In this document: positions 27,969 through 37,626 of the stretch, piece by piece
Position numbering within the stretch: position 1 is the first letter of the stretch
Layout: each line of letters begins with the position of its first letter
Assembly (NCBI GenBank): GCA_963974345.1
Contig: CAXBBW010000018.1
Coordinates: 2,369 to 66,368 of the forward strand
Source of the DNA: an uncultured Balneolaceae bacterium
GTDB taxonomy: Bacteria > Bacteroidota > Rhodothermia > Balneolales > Balneolaceae
Length of the DNA stretch: 64,000 nt
Direction: 5' to 3'
Notes under the pieces: generated by a model
The model's database searches: none
The model's input: only the letters and a program-made list of their open reading frames with translations
Told to the model about the DNA's origin: nothing
Program-made: the position numbers and the translations under genes

Positions 27969-29522
27969 ATGGCAGAAAAAATCTGGTGGAAAGAAACGGT
28001 ATTCTATGAAATTTATATGCCCAGCTATAAAGATGGCAATGGTTATGGGTATAGTGATTTTAAAGGACTGACCACAAAGCTATCTTATATAGAAAGTTTA
28101 GGAGTGAAAGGCATTTGGCTCACTCCTTTTTTGCAATCGCCTAAAGTTGATAACGGGTACGATGTTTCAAACTATTATCAGATTGATTCCACTTATGGTA
28201 CGCTGGAGGATTTCAAAGTATTTATACAAGAAGCGCACAATCTCGGAATAAAAGTAATTATGGATTTGGTTTTGAATCACACTTCTACAGAATCAGTATG
28301 GTTTCAGGAAGCTCAAAAATCTATCCACAATCCTTATCGAAATTATTATATATGGAAAGACAAGCCAAACAACTGGGAGTCTTTTTTTGGAGGTTCAGCA
28401 TGGGAACTCGATCCAATATCTAGCCAATATTACTACCATAAATTTGATGCTAAAATGGCCGATCTGAATTGGCAAAATCCTAAAGTAGTTGAGGAAATCA
28501 AAAAGGTATTAAGGTTTTGGCTGGAATTGGGTGTTGATGGATTCCGGCTTGATGTGATCAACTTTTTGACTACTGAAGGCATCACTTCAGATAATCCAAT
28601 AAATGAAGATGGAACACAAAATCATCTGTACGACATCAATCAGAAAGGATTAAAAGCAGCCATGAAAATGATTCGTGCTACTGTGAATGAATACGATGAT
28701 CGGTTTATAGTGGGCGAAATTGGAAGCGAAGACATTCATGTGCTAAATCAATATCAGGGAAGTAAATTATTAGATGTCGTTTTCAATTTTAATTTCGGAA
28801 GTATTACCGAGTTTTCTGCTCAACGTATATTTGATGAACTCCAAAGTATGGAGAAAAACATGAGTAGCTATCCGACTTTGTTTTTTGGAAGTCATGATTT
28901 GCCCCGGCTCATAGATCGATTGGCAAAGAATAATCCTGAAAGAGCAGAAGCCTTGGCTGCGCTAATGTTAACTGCTAAGGGCGTTCCTTTTATATATTAT
29001 GGTGAAGAAATTGGAATGGAAAATATAGAAGCCTACTCTATTAATGAAATAATAGATATTCAAGGTCGCACACAGTATCAGTTAGTCTTAGATAACGGTA
29101 AATCTGTTGATCAAGCTCTTGAAATCGGAAATAAACACAACAGGGATAAATCTCGGAGTCCAATGCAGTGGGATGACACCGAACATTCCGGATTTTCCGA
29201 TCGAACTCCCTGGATAAAGGTTCATCAAAATCATAGTTATTTGAATGTAGCTGCATCTGAGAAAGATGAACACTCGTTATTGAATAGGTATAAGAAAATT
29301 ATTTCTTTACGAAATTCAGAACCTGTCCTTCAATATGGGTACTATAAAGAACTTACTTTTTTGAATGATATGATAATCTTTACCAGAATTTTTGATGGTG
29401 ACACCATTAAATGCTATTTCAATTTTGGGGAACTTCCATATCAAGTAGCTTTAGAAAAGAAAGAGCGTATTTTACTGGGAGAATTAACCATTGAACCTGA
29501 TAAGTATTTGATTATCAAATAA
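27969..29522 (+). CDS. GH13 alpha-glucosidase / oligo-1,6-glucosidase-like enzyme
   Basis: WWKETVFYEIY, GIWLTPF, DNGYDVSNYY, VIMDLVLNHTS, GVDGFRLDVINF (nucleophile region), VGEIGSE, FGSHDLPR. ATG at 27969 is preferred to TTG 27942. Confidence 0.88.
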   Translation: MAEKIWWKETVFYEIYMPSYKDGNGYGYSDFKGLTTKLSYIESLGVKGIWLTPFLQSPKVDNGYDVSNYYQIDSTYGTLEDFKVFIQEAHNLGIKVIMDLVLNHTSTESVWFQEAQKSIHNPYRNYYIWKDKPNNWESFFGGSAWELDPISSQYYYHKFDAKMADLNWQNPKVVEEIKKVLRFWLELGVDGFRLDVINFLTTEGITSDNPINEDGTQNHLYDINQKGLKAAMKMIRATVNEYDDRFIVGEIGSEDIHVLNQYQGSKLLDVVFNFNFGSITEFSAQRIFDELQSMEKNMSSYPTLFFGSHDLPRLIDRLAKNNPERAEALAALMLTAKGVPFIYYGEEIGMENIEAYSINEIIDIQGRTQYQLVLDNGKSVDQALEIGNKHNRDKSRSPMQWDDTEHSGFSDRTPWIKVHQNHSYLNVAASEKDEHSLLNRYKKIISLRNSEPVLQYGYYKELTFLNDMIIFTRIFDGDTIKCYFNFGELPYQVALEKKERILLGELTIEPDKYLIIK

Positions 29523-29852
29523 CCTGAACTACATAATTGCATAACTGAGCCAATAATAATTCTTTAATGTATCGATATCAGTTAAGTAGATCAGAAAATC
29601 AAATCCTATCTTAAGATCTGGTACTAATTACAACCAAATATTGAACTATTATCTCCATTTTAAAGTACATTCATTTCACTTCTTTTGATTTCCCTGCGTA
29701 TACATTCCACTATAACCACTTCATTCAGTAACTATTTTTTAATCAAAATCTGCGTTTTTGATTTAGATGCCACTTATCTTGATCTAAAAGGATTTTCTGG
29801 AATTTTAAGGTTTACTTTTATCTCTAAAACAGATAGACTTGGCGTTGTCAAA

Positions 29853-29936
29853 ATGAAAAACAATTTTAGAAATAACACCCCATCTTTCCTCCTCGTAATT
29901 ATTACAATTACGATTATTTTCATTATTACCCCTTAG
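29853..29936 (+). promoter_or_regulatory. Candidate thr-operon leader peptide (27 codons, Ile/Thr-rich) 84 nt upstream of thrA
   Basis: MKNNFRNNTPSFLLVIITITIIFIITP. Ten of the 12 codons between V and the final P are Ile (7) or Thr (3). The stop TAG sits in the loop of hairpin TACCCC-TTAG-GGGGTA (29927-29942). Confidence 0.4.
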
Positions 29937-30020
29937 GGGGTACATATTTACATATCACATCTTAGGATATATTCCTACATTCACAGTCTTAAAAACTCAC
30001 AACGTTTATCGAAGTATTTA

Positions 30021-32471
30021 ATGATAGTTTTAAAATTTGGGGGCACCTCAGTTGGAAGTGCAGAAAGCCTCAACCTTGTTCGCGATATTGTATCTAAAAA
30101 ATCTAAATCTGATCCTCTAATTGTAGTTGTTTCAGCACTTGGGGGCGTAACCAATAACTTGGTTAATTGCGCCAATCTAGCAGCTTCAGGAAATGAAGAA
30201 TATGAAGTTATTCTCTCAGAAATTGAAGCTCGGCACATTACGCTTTGCAATACATTGATTCCTGTATCTCAACGTAATCACGCGCTCACACGTGTTAAAT
30301 TTCTTCTAAATGATCTCGAAGATATTTGTAGAGGTGTATTTTTAATTCAAGAGCTCTCTCCTCGTTCTAGTGATCATATTCTTAGCTTTGGGGAACGTCT
30401 CTCTTCGGTTATTATAAACGATTATTTCAAGGCCGATAAAATTGATAGTCAACTTCTTGATCCAAGAAAACTGATTAAGACAGACGGTCAGTTTGGAAAC
30501 GCTGTTGTTGACTTAGAATTGAGCTACAATAATATTCAAAATGAATTTGAAACACATACACAGGTAAGTATTTGCCCTGGATTTCTAGCTTCATCTAATA
30601 TTGATAATCATACAACTACCCTTGGTCGTGGGGGCTCTGACTATACTGCTGCACTACTGGCTGCGGCATTAGAAGTCGACTTTCTTGAAATATGGACGGA
30701 TGTAAGTGGTATGATGACAGCTAATCCAAAGTTAGTTCCTCTAGCGCATCCTATTGAAGAATTATCCTATGAAGAAGCTATGGAACTTTCTCACTTTGGA
30801 GCGAAGGTGATTTATCCTCCTACCATTCAACCAGTGTTAGATAAAGAAATTCCTGTATTAATTAAGAATACATTTAGTGCGGATGATGTTGGTACTAAAA
30901 TTTCTCGCGAAGGTGATACCAATGGACGATGGATCAAAGGGATTTCTTCGATTGATGATGTTGCGCTTTGCACACTTTCAGGTTCGGGTATGGTTGCTGT
31001 TCCGAATTTTTCTTATCGATTATTTTCTGCGTTAAGTCGCGAAGCTGTTAACGTAATCATGATTACCCAAGCTTCATCAGAGCATACTATTACGGTTGGA
31101 ATGGACCGAAAGGATGCAGAAAGAGCTCGTAAGAGTATTGAAACTGAGTTTCAGCATGAACTTCGACAACGTAAAGTAAACCCTTTAGATATTGAAGTTG
31201 AACTTTCCATTGTAGCTTTGGTTGGAACCAGAATGCGACAACAAGTTGGTGTTAGTGCCAATTTATTTGAAACGCTCAGCCATAATGGGATTAATGTAAA
31301 AGCAATTGCTCAGGGTTCTACAGAGCTTAATATTTCAGTGGTAGTTGATAAAAAAAATCTTAGTAAATCACTAAACTCACTCCACGAAAGCTTTTTCTTA
31401 TCTGATATGAGGAAGTTCAATCTGTTTATGATTGGAGTTGGAAATGTTGGTAAAACCTTTTTATCTCAAATTGAAAAGCAGCACGAATTCTTATCAAAGG
31501 CATTCAAAATAAATTTAAATGTAGCCGGACTAGCGAATTCTCGAAAGATGTACTTCAGTGAAGACCCAATTGATCTTGAAAATTGGTCTGAACATCTTGA
31601 AAAATATGGTGAACCAATGTCACTCGATGGCTTTACAGATAAAATGTCTGGCATGAACCTTCGAAACAGCATATTTATTGATTGTACTGCAAGCAATGAT
31701 ATCCCGAAAATGTACGAGAAAATACTTTCGAGCAGTATTTCGGTCGTTACACCAAATAAAGTGGCTTGCTCATCAGACTTTGATACTTATCTAGGTTTAA
31801 AGAAAACGGCTACAAAATATCGAGCTCGATTTTTGTTTGAAACCAATGTTGGCGCTGGACTTCCAGTTGTTTCTACTGTAAGTGATTTACTTAAAAGTGG
31901 AGATCAAATTCATAAAATCCAAGCAGTACTTTCTGGTACTCTTAACTTCCTCTTTAATACTTATAATGCCACTCAAAAGTTCAGCGATGTTGTTAAAGAA
32001 GCTAAAGCTGCAGGATATACCGAACCAGATCCTAAACTTGATTTAAGTGGTATAGATGTGATGAGGAAAATCCTAATCTTAGCTCGTGAAAGTGGGTATA
32101 AAATTGAACTTGATGAAATCACTAACGTTCCTTTTGTACCTGAAGAATGCATGAATACGGACTCTCTTGAGGCTTTTTATGATAAATTAGATGAACATGA
32201 TGAAGTATTTCAAGAACTTTATAAAAAGGCTGAATCGGAAGGAAAACGTATTAAGTATGTTGCCACTTTCGAAAATGGTGAGGCAAAAACAGGACTTGAA
32301 ACGTTTGGAAGTGAACACCCATTCTATGAGCTTCATGGAAAGGATAATATCGTACTCTTCCAAACGATGCGATATCCCGAACAGCCTTTAGTAGTAAAAG
32401 GTGCTGGTGCTGGTGCAGAAGTAACAGCATCAGGAATTTTTGCCGATGTAATGAGAATCACTTCAGCTTAA
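30021..32471 (+). CDS. thrA: Bifunctional aspartokinase / homoserine dehydrogenase I
   Basis: N-terminal aspartokinase (MIVLKFGGTSVG, GRGGSDYTAA), ACT region, C-terminal homoserine dehydrogenase (MIGVGNVGK...; GAGAGAEVTASG). 816 aa. Confidence 0.93.
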   Translation: MIVLKFGGTSVGSAESLNLVRDIVSKKSKSDPLIVVVSALGGVTNNLVNCANLAASGNEEYEVILSEIEARHITLCNTLIPVSQRNHALTRVKFLLNDLEDICRGVFLIQELSPRSSDHILSFGERLSSVIINDYFKADKIDSQLLDPRKLIKTDGQFGNAVVDLELSYNNIQNEFETHTQVSICPGFLASSNIDNHTTTLGRGGSDYTAALLAAALEVDFLEIWTDVSGMMTANPKLVPLAHPIEELSYEEAMELSHFGAKVIYPPTIQPVLDKEIPVLIKNTFSADDVGTKISREGDTNGRWIKGISSIDDVALCTLSGSGMVAVPNFSYRLFSALSREAVNVIMITQASSEHTITVGMDRKDAERARKSIETEFQHELRQRKVNPLDIEVELSIVALVGTRMRQQVGVSANLFETLSHNGINVKAIAQGSTELNISVVVDKKNLSKSLNSLHESFFLSDMRKFNLFMIGVGNVGKTFLSQIEKQHEFLSKAFKINLNVAGLANSRKMYFSEDPIDLENWSEHLEKYGEPMSLDGFTDKMSGMNLRNSIFIDCTASNDIPKMYEKILSSSISVVTPNKVACSSDFDTYLGLKKTATKYRARFLFETNVGAGLPVVSTVSDLLKSGDQIHKIQAVLSGTLNFLFNTYNATQKFSDVVKEAKAAGYTEPDPKLDLSGIDVMRKILILARESGYKIELDEITNVPFVPEECMNTDSLEAFYDKLDEHDEVFQELYKKAESEGKRIKYVATFENGEAKTGLETFGSEHPFYELHGKDNIVLFQTMRYPEQPLVVKGAGAGAEVTASGIFADVMRITSA

Positions 32472-32475
32472 GTTT

Positions 32476-33408
32476 ATGGATCAAATTAAAGTATTTGCCC
32501 CTGCTACTGTTGCTAATGTTGCCTGTGGATTTGATGTAATGGGTTTTGCCCTCGATTCAATCGGGGATGAAATCACTCTAACAAAATCAGATTCGTTTGG
32601 ACTTAAAATCACTGAGATTATTGGTTGTGAAGGTCTACCAACTGAGCCTGAAAAAAATGTTGCTACTGTTGCTGCACAAGCTTTATTAAACGCATTAGAT
32701 GAACATCCTGATTTCGGATTTGAATTTATGTTATCCAAGAATGTAATGGCTGGAAGTGGCTTAGGTTCAAGTGCTTCTAGTTCTGCTGCTGCGGTATTCG
32801 CAATGAACGAAATCCTTGGAAAACCATTCACTAAATCGGAATTAGTTTACTTTGCAATGCAAGGTGAATTTGCGGCTTCAGGAAATGCTCATGCTGATAA
32901 TGTAGCCCCAAGTTTACTCGGAGGATTTACACTCGTTCGTAGCTATTATCCTCTTGATGTAATCAAACTTGATTACCCAGAAAAGTTATATGTATCAATA
33001 GTTCATCCACAAATTGAAGTAAAAACATCAGATTCTAAACGGATTCTACGTCGAGAAATCTTACTTAAAGATGCTATAACACAATGGGGAAATGTTGGTG
33101 GGTTAGTTTCTGGCTTAGCTAAAGGAGATTATGATCTTATTGGAAGGTCATTAATGGATGTAATTGCTGAACCAGTACGATCAATGTTAATTCCTTTATT
33201 TAACGAAGTAAAACAATCAGCTATTGATAATGGAGCATTAGGATGTAGTATTTCAGGTTCTGGACCTTCTATTTTTGCTCTTTCTAAAGATAAAAACACT
33301 GCCGATACCATCGGTAAAGAATTTAAAAAGATCTATGAGTCGAACGATATCGAAGCAAATGTATATGTTTCTAAAATTAATCCTATTGGTGCTGAGGTAA
33401 TAGAATGA
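32476..33408 (+). CDS. thrB: Homoserine kinase
   Basis: GHMP kinase motif GSGLGSSASS. 310 aa. Lies between thrA and thrC. Confidence 0.9.
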   Translation: MDQIKVFAPATVANVACGFDVMGFALDSIGDEITLTKSDSFGLKITEIIGCEGLPTEPEKNVATVAAQALLNALDEHPDFGFEFMLSKNVMAGSGLGSSASSSAAAVFAMNEILGKPFTKSELVYFAMQGEFAASGNAHADNVAPSLLGGFTLVRSYYPLDVIKLDYPEKLYVSIVHPQIEVKTSDSKRILRREILLKDAITQWGNVGGLVSGLAKGDYDLIGRSLMDVIAEPVRSMLIPLFNEVKQSAIDNGALGCSISGSGPSIFALSKDKNTADTIGKEFKKIYESNDIEANVYVSKINPIGAEVIE

Positions 33409-34703
33409 AATATTTTAGCACTAAAAACGAAGTATCACCTGTTTCATTCCAAGAAGCTATCTTTAAAGGCTTGCCAGCAGACAATGGGTTATTTATGCCT
33501 GAGCAAATTCCGGTACTTCCCTCCTCTTTTTTTGATGGAATTTCGAACCTAACATTACCCGAAATTGGATTTGAAGTCATTCGCCCTTTTGTTGATGGAG
33601 AAATACCTGATTCGGATTTAAAAAAGATTATCGAAGATACATTGAGTTTCGATATACCTCTTGTTAAAATTAAAGATGGAGTTTATTCACTTGAGTTGTT
33701 TCACGGTCCTACCCTTGCTTTTAAGGATGTTGGAGCTCGATTCTTAGCGAGATCACTGAGTTACTTCACTAAGCAAAAAGAGCAGAAACTAACGGTACTT
33801 GTGGCTACTTCAGGCGATACAGGAAGTGCGGTTGCTAATGGCTTTTATAATGTTCCAAACATTGAAGTAATCATACTTTACCCTTCAGGAAAAGTAAGTA
33901 CTTTTCAAGAACAACAGATGACAACTCTTGGAGGAAACATTACAGCCTTAGAAGTTGATGGAACCTTCGATGATTGTCAAAAACTGGTTAAAGAAGCTTT
34001 TCTAGATGAAGAACTCCGTACCTCAAAAAATCTTACTTCAGCTAACTCAATAAATATGGCAAGGTTGTTACCACAAAGCGTGTATTATTTTCATGCATGG
34101 GCTCAACTTACATCAGATGAAAAAAAGAACGCTGTCTTTTCAATCCCAAGTGGTAATTATGGCAATCTTTCTGCTGGCTTAATAGCCCAGCGAATGGGAC
34201 TACCCGTAAAGCACTTTTTAGCATGCTCTAACGCCAATGATACTGTTCCTCACTATTTATGGAATGGAGAATTTGAACCTAAGCCAAGCATCGAAACCAT
34301 TTCAAATGCAATGGATGTAGGTAATCCAAGTAATTTTGTTCGAATGCTTCATTTGTTCGGAGGAAATCATTCGAACATGACCGACAAAATCACTGGTTAT
34401 GCTTATACCGATGAAAGTACTAGAAGTACCATACAGAAAACTTTTGCTCTAACAGGTTATACATTAGATCCTCATGGAGCTGTTGGTTATATGGGCTTGG
34501 CTGATTATCAGAATTCTCATAAAGTAACCGGTATTGTTTTGGAAACCGCACATCCTGTTAAGTTTAATCAAACTGTAGAGGAAGAAATTGGGATTAAAGT
34601 GCCTCTTCCATCACACGTAGAATCTACAAACTTGGAGAAGAAAAGTATTTCATTTTCTAAAGATTTTGGCGATTTTAAAAACTTTTTAAAAGATACGTAT
34701 TAG
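33405..34703 (+). CDS. thrC: Threonine synthase
   Basis: PLP-lysine block HGPTLAFKDVGARF, SGDTGSA. 4-nt overlap with thrB. Confidence 0.9.
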   Translation: MKYFSTKNEVSPVSFQEAIFKGLPADNGLFMPEQIPVLPSSFFDGISNLTLPEIGFEVIRPFVDGEIPDSDLKKIIEDTLSFDIPLVKIKDGVYSLELFHGPTLAFKDVGARFLARSLSYFTKQKEQKLTVLVATSGDTGSAVANGFYNVPNIEVIILYPSGKVSTFQEQQMTTLGGNITALEVDGTFDDCQKLVKEAFLDEELRTSKNLTSANSINMARLLPQSVYYFHAWAQLTSDEKKNAVFSIPSGNYGNLSAGLIAQRMGLPVKHFLACSNANDTVPHYLWNGEFEPKPSIETISNAMDVGNPSNFVRMLHLFGGNHSNMTDKITGYAYTDESTRSTIQKTFALTGYTLDPHGAVGYMGLADYQNSHKVTGIVLETAHPVKFNQTVEEEIGIKVPLPSHVESTNLEKKSISFSKDFGDFKNFLKDTY

Positions 34704-34711
34704 TAAAAGTT

Positions 34712-35623
34712 ATGATTAAATCGTGGGTACAAAATATAAAGTCTCCTTGGACCGTCACGGTAATTTCTATACTTATTTCAGAGATAGTATTTATAATAAT
34801 AGGCTTAATTTTTTTGGGAGATATTCCACTTTTAGGTGTACTTCTTTCATTTATAATACCTGCCTCTTCAGCTTACCCTATATCCTCAATATTGCTCCAG
34901 AATCAAGCTAAAATTGAGGCACAAAAAAATGAGTTAGAACATCTTGATAAGATTAATAAAAAGCTTTTTACAACCATTTCTCATGATATTAAAAGCCCAT
35001 TAGCAAATATCTCCCCTTTAGTTGAATTGATTGGTTCTAAATCTATTTCTGAAGAAGAAGCAAAGCTTTTTATAAAGGATTTAGGCTCTTCAGTAAACCT
35101 AATCTTAGAATTTCTGGATGATATTTTAAAATGGAGTTTATATCAAATAAATAAAAAGCCTCTTGAACCAGAGATATTTGATACAGAAGAGGTCCTTAGC
35201 CAAAGCTTGAGCCTTTACAAACATATATTTTCTCAAAAAAAGCTAACTTTAAAACAGGGAAATCTAAGTAGTCCTATTCTAGTTGATAAAGGGAGTTATT
35301 CTTTCGCCATTCGTAATATCCTTCAAAATGCTATTAAGTATACGGGGAGTGGTGGAACGATTGAGATTCATGTTGAAGAGAAGTACGATCACATTATTAC
35401 AGTTATAAGTGATAATGGAATTGGGATGAAGAAGGAACAGATTGAAAGAATTAAATCTAAGACAAATTACCACTCTACTATGGGAACAGATGAAGAGCAT
35501 GAAACAGGATTCGGATTGCGAACTGCAATTGAATATCTAGAAAAACAAAATGGTAAATTGGTAATTCACTCAGAAAAAAATTCAGGGACAAAAATTTCGG
35601 TTATACTTCCTGTGGCTAATTAA
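34712..35623 (+). CDS. Membrane sensor histidine kinase (two TM helices, HisKA plus HATPase_c)
   Basis: H-box ISHDIKSPLANI; N-box NAIKYT; G-boxes DNGIGM and GFGLRT. Confidence 0.85.
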   Translation: MIKSWVQNIKSPWTVTVISILISEIVFIIIGLIFLGDIPLLGVLLSFIIPASSAYPISSILLQNQAKIEAQKNELEHLDKINKKLFTTISHDIKSPLANISPLVELIGSKSISEEEAKLFIKDLGSSVNLILEFLDDILKWSLYQINKKPLEPEIFDTEEVLSQSLSLYKHIFSQKKLTLKQGNLSSPILVDKGSYSFAIRNILQNAIKYTGSGGTIEIHVEEKYDHIITVISDNGIGMKKEQIERIKSKTNYHSTMGTDEEHETGFGLRTAIEYLEKQNGKLVIHSEKNSGTKISVILPVAN

Positions 35624-35678
35624 TAGCAATAAGATAGTTTATCTTAATGTTCTTCTACTTCAATTAAATTAAGTTTAT

Positions 35679-37013
35679 ATGAAATCCTACAATCGGTTAC
35701 CCCTTCTTTTACTTATCCCCTTTTTTCTTTTTAATTCTCTTAAAGCTCAGGATCCAACTCGATTTGTAAATGAAATTCAAACCATTCAAAACAAAGATTT
35801 TCAAATTGATAAAAGTAAAGAAGTTGTTGTTTTTACGGGAAGCTCAAGTGTTAGAATGTGGCGAAATGTTCCAGATGTTTTTCCTACTATAAATGCTCTA
35901 AATACTGGATTTGGTGGCTCTGAATTTTCTGATCTTATTCATTATCGTAAAGAACTTATTTTTGATTTAAAACCTGATCGAATTTTTATTTATGAAGGTG
36001 ATAACGATGTTAGTTCTGGAAAATCCCCTGAAACTATTCTAGCCGATGCAAAGAAACTATTAAGCTTTATACGAGGTGAACTTCCTAGTGTACCAATTTA
36101 TTTTATTTCACCAAAACCAAGTATCTCCCGATGGGAACTTGAAGATCAATACTTAGAGACTAACCTTTTACTAAAAGAACTGGCAGAATCGAACGAAAAT
36201 GTTAATTACATAGACGTTTGGTATCCAATGCTCAATGAATCTGGTGAGCCTATTTCAGATATATTTATTGAGGATAACCTTCATATGAATGCTAAAGGTT
36301 ATAAGATTTGGGAAGATGTAATAAGTAAAGAAGCAAGATTGATTACAAGAAATCAAATTATTAGTTCGTATAACCAATGGAACAAAAAGCAGAATGATTG
36401 GGCTAATTTTGAAAGATTTAAAGATGAAAACACTATGATTAAACCTCCTGCATCAAATGAAAACCGAGTAGTTTTTATGGGGAATTCTATTACCCAAGGT
36501 TGGGCAGATACCGTCCCTGAATTTTTTGAGGATAACCCATATATAGAACGAGGAATTAGTGGGCAAACTACTCCTCAAATGTTGGTTCGTTTTAGACAAG
36601 ATGTAATCGATTTACAGCCCAAGGTTGTGGTAATTCTCGCTGGCACAAATGATATTGCAGGAAATACGGGACAGGCAACTAATAAAATGATTCAGGATAA
36701 TCTTGCAAGTATGGCCGAATTAGCACACTCGAATGGTATTAAAGTAGTTCTTTCCTCTATCCTTCCTGCATATGATTACCCTTGGCGTAAAGGTACACTA
36801 CCATCACAACGAATTATTGACATTAACAACTGGTTGAAAGAGTACTCTGATATGAACGGTCATGTTTATTTGGATTACTGGACTCCAATGGCTGATGAAA
36901 GAAATGGAATGAAAAGTGAGTACACCTATGATGGTGTACATGTTACAAAAGAAGGGTATTTAAAAATGCAAAGCCTTGTAGTACCTGCTATAAATAAAGC
37001 TTTATCTAAGTAA
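35679..37013 (+). CDS. Secreted protein with tandem SGNH/GDSL hydrolase domains
   Basis: Signal peptide. Two copies of the block set: FTGSSSVRMW ... GDNDV ... EDNLHMNAKGY and FMGNSITQGW ... GTNDI ... YDGVHVTKEGY. Confidence 0.75.
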   Translation: MKSYNRLPLLLLIPFFLFNSLKAQDPTRFVNEIQTIQNKDFQIDKSKEVVVFTGSSSVRMWRNVPDVFPTINALNTGFGGSEFSDLIHYRKELIFDLKPDRIFIYEGDNDVSSGKSPETILADAKKLLSFIRGELPSVPIYFISPKPSISRWELEDQYLETNLLLKELAESNENVNYIDVWYPMLNESGEPISDIFIEDNLHMNAKGYKIWEDVISKEARLITRNQIISSYNQWNKKQNDWANFERFKDENTMIKPPASNENRVVFMGNSITQGWADTVPEFFEDNPYIERGISGQTTPQMLVRFRQDVIDLQPKVVVILAGTNDIAGNTGQATNKMIQDNLASMAELAHSNGIKVVLSSILPAYDYPWRKGTLPSQRIIDINNWLKEYSDMNGHVYLDYWTPMADERNGMKSEYTYDGVHVTKEGYLKMQSLVVPAINKALSK

Positions 37014-37015
37014 TA

Positions 37016-37624
37016 TTGAGTATTAATACTAATTCTTGGAATAGAATCCGATATACCATCTATCGTCCATTCTATGATATTATTGCAAGCTATTTCAGAC
37101 CTTTTAGAAAACGCTCTATTGATTCTCTTGAGATAAAACCAACCGATAAAGTTTTAATTTTGGGAGCTGGGACTGGACTCGATTTAGAATTCTTGAATGG
37201 TCATGAGCATATCTATGCCATCGACATCACTCCTTCAATGATTGATAAGCTTGAAAAGGAAGCTCAATTTCTTGGCTTAGAAGTTGAAACTAGAGTTATG
37301 GATGGAAGTAACCTTGATTTTGAGGATGAATCCTTTGATGTTGTAATTCTACATTTAATTATAGCTGTTATACCTGATCCAATTAACTGTCTTAAGGAAA
37401 CAGAACGAGTTCTAAAATCTGGTGGTAAGTTCACTATTATGGATAAGTTTATTAAACCAGGAAGCAAACCAAGCTTTCTTAGAGTACTTCTAAACCCCAT
37501 TACCAATCTGTTAGCTACTAACATTAATCGTGATATAGATGAACTGATTTCAGAAACCGCATTGGTAAAGGAATCAGATCAAAGTTTGAACTCTATATTT
37601 AGGTTAATAAAGGGTTCAAAATAA
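37016..37624 (+). CDS. Class I SAM-dependent methyltransferase
   Basis: Motif I VLILGAGTGLD; FDVVILHLII; LKSGGKF. TTG start. Confidence 0.7.
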   Translation: MSINTNSWNRIRYTIYRPFYDIIASYFRPFRKRSIDSLEIKPTDKVLILGAGTGLDLEFLNGHEHIYAIDITPSMIDKLEKEAQFLGLEVETRVMDGSNLDFEDESFDVVILHLIIAVIPDPINCLKETERVLKSGGKFTIMDKFIKPGSKPSFLRVLLNPITNLLATNINRDIDELISETALVKESDQSLNSIFRLIKGSK

Positions 37625-37626
37625 GC

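Noticed and set aside
29685-29936. The full 83-aa ORF upstream of thrA
   Set aside because: It has a TTG start, low-complexity composition and no recognisable domain. Only the last 27 codons, from the internal ATG at 29853, are considered, as a leader peptide.
29927-29942. Calling the TACCCC/GGGGTA hairpin a canonical intrinsic terminator of a thr attenuator
   Set aside because: The stem is only 6 bp and is not followed by a U-tract. It is mentioned only as a possible structural element.
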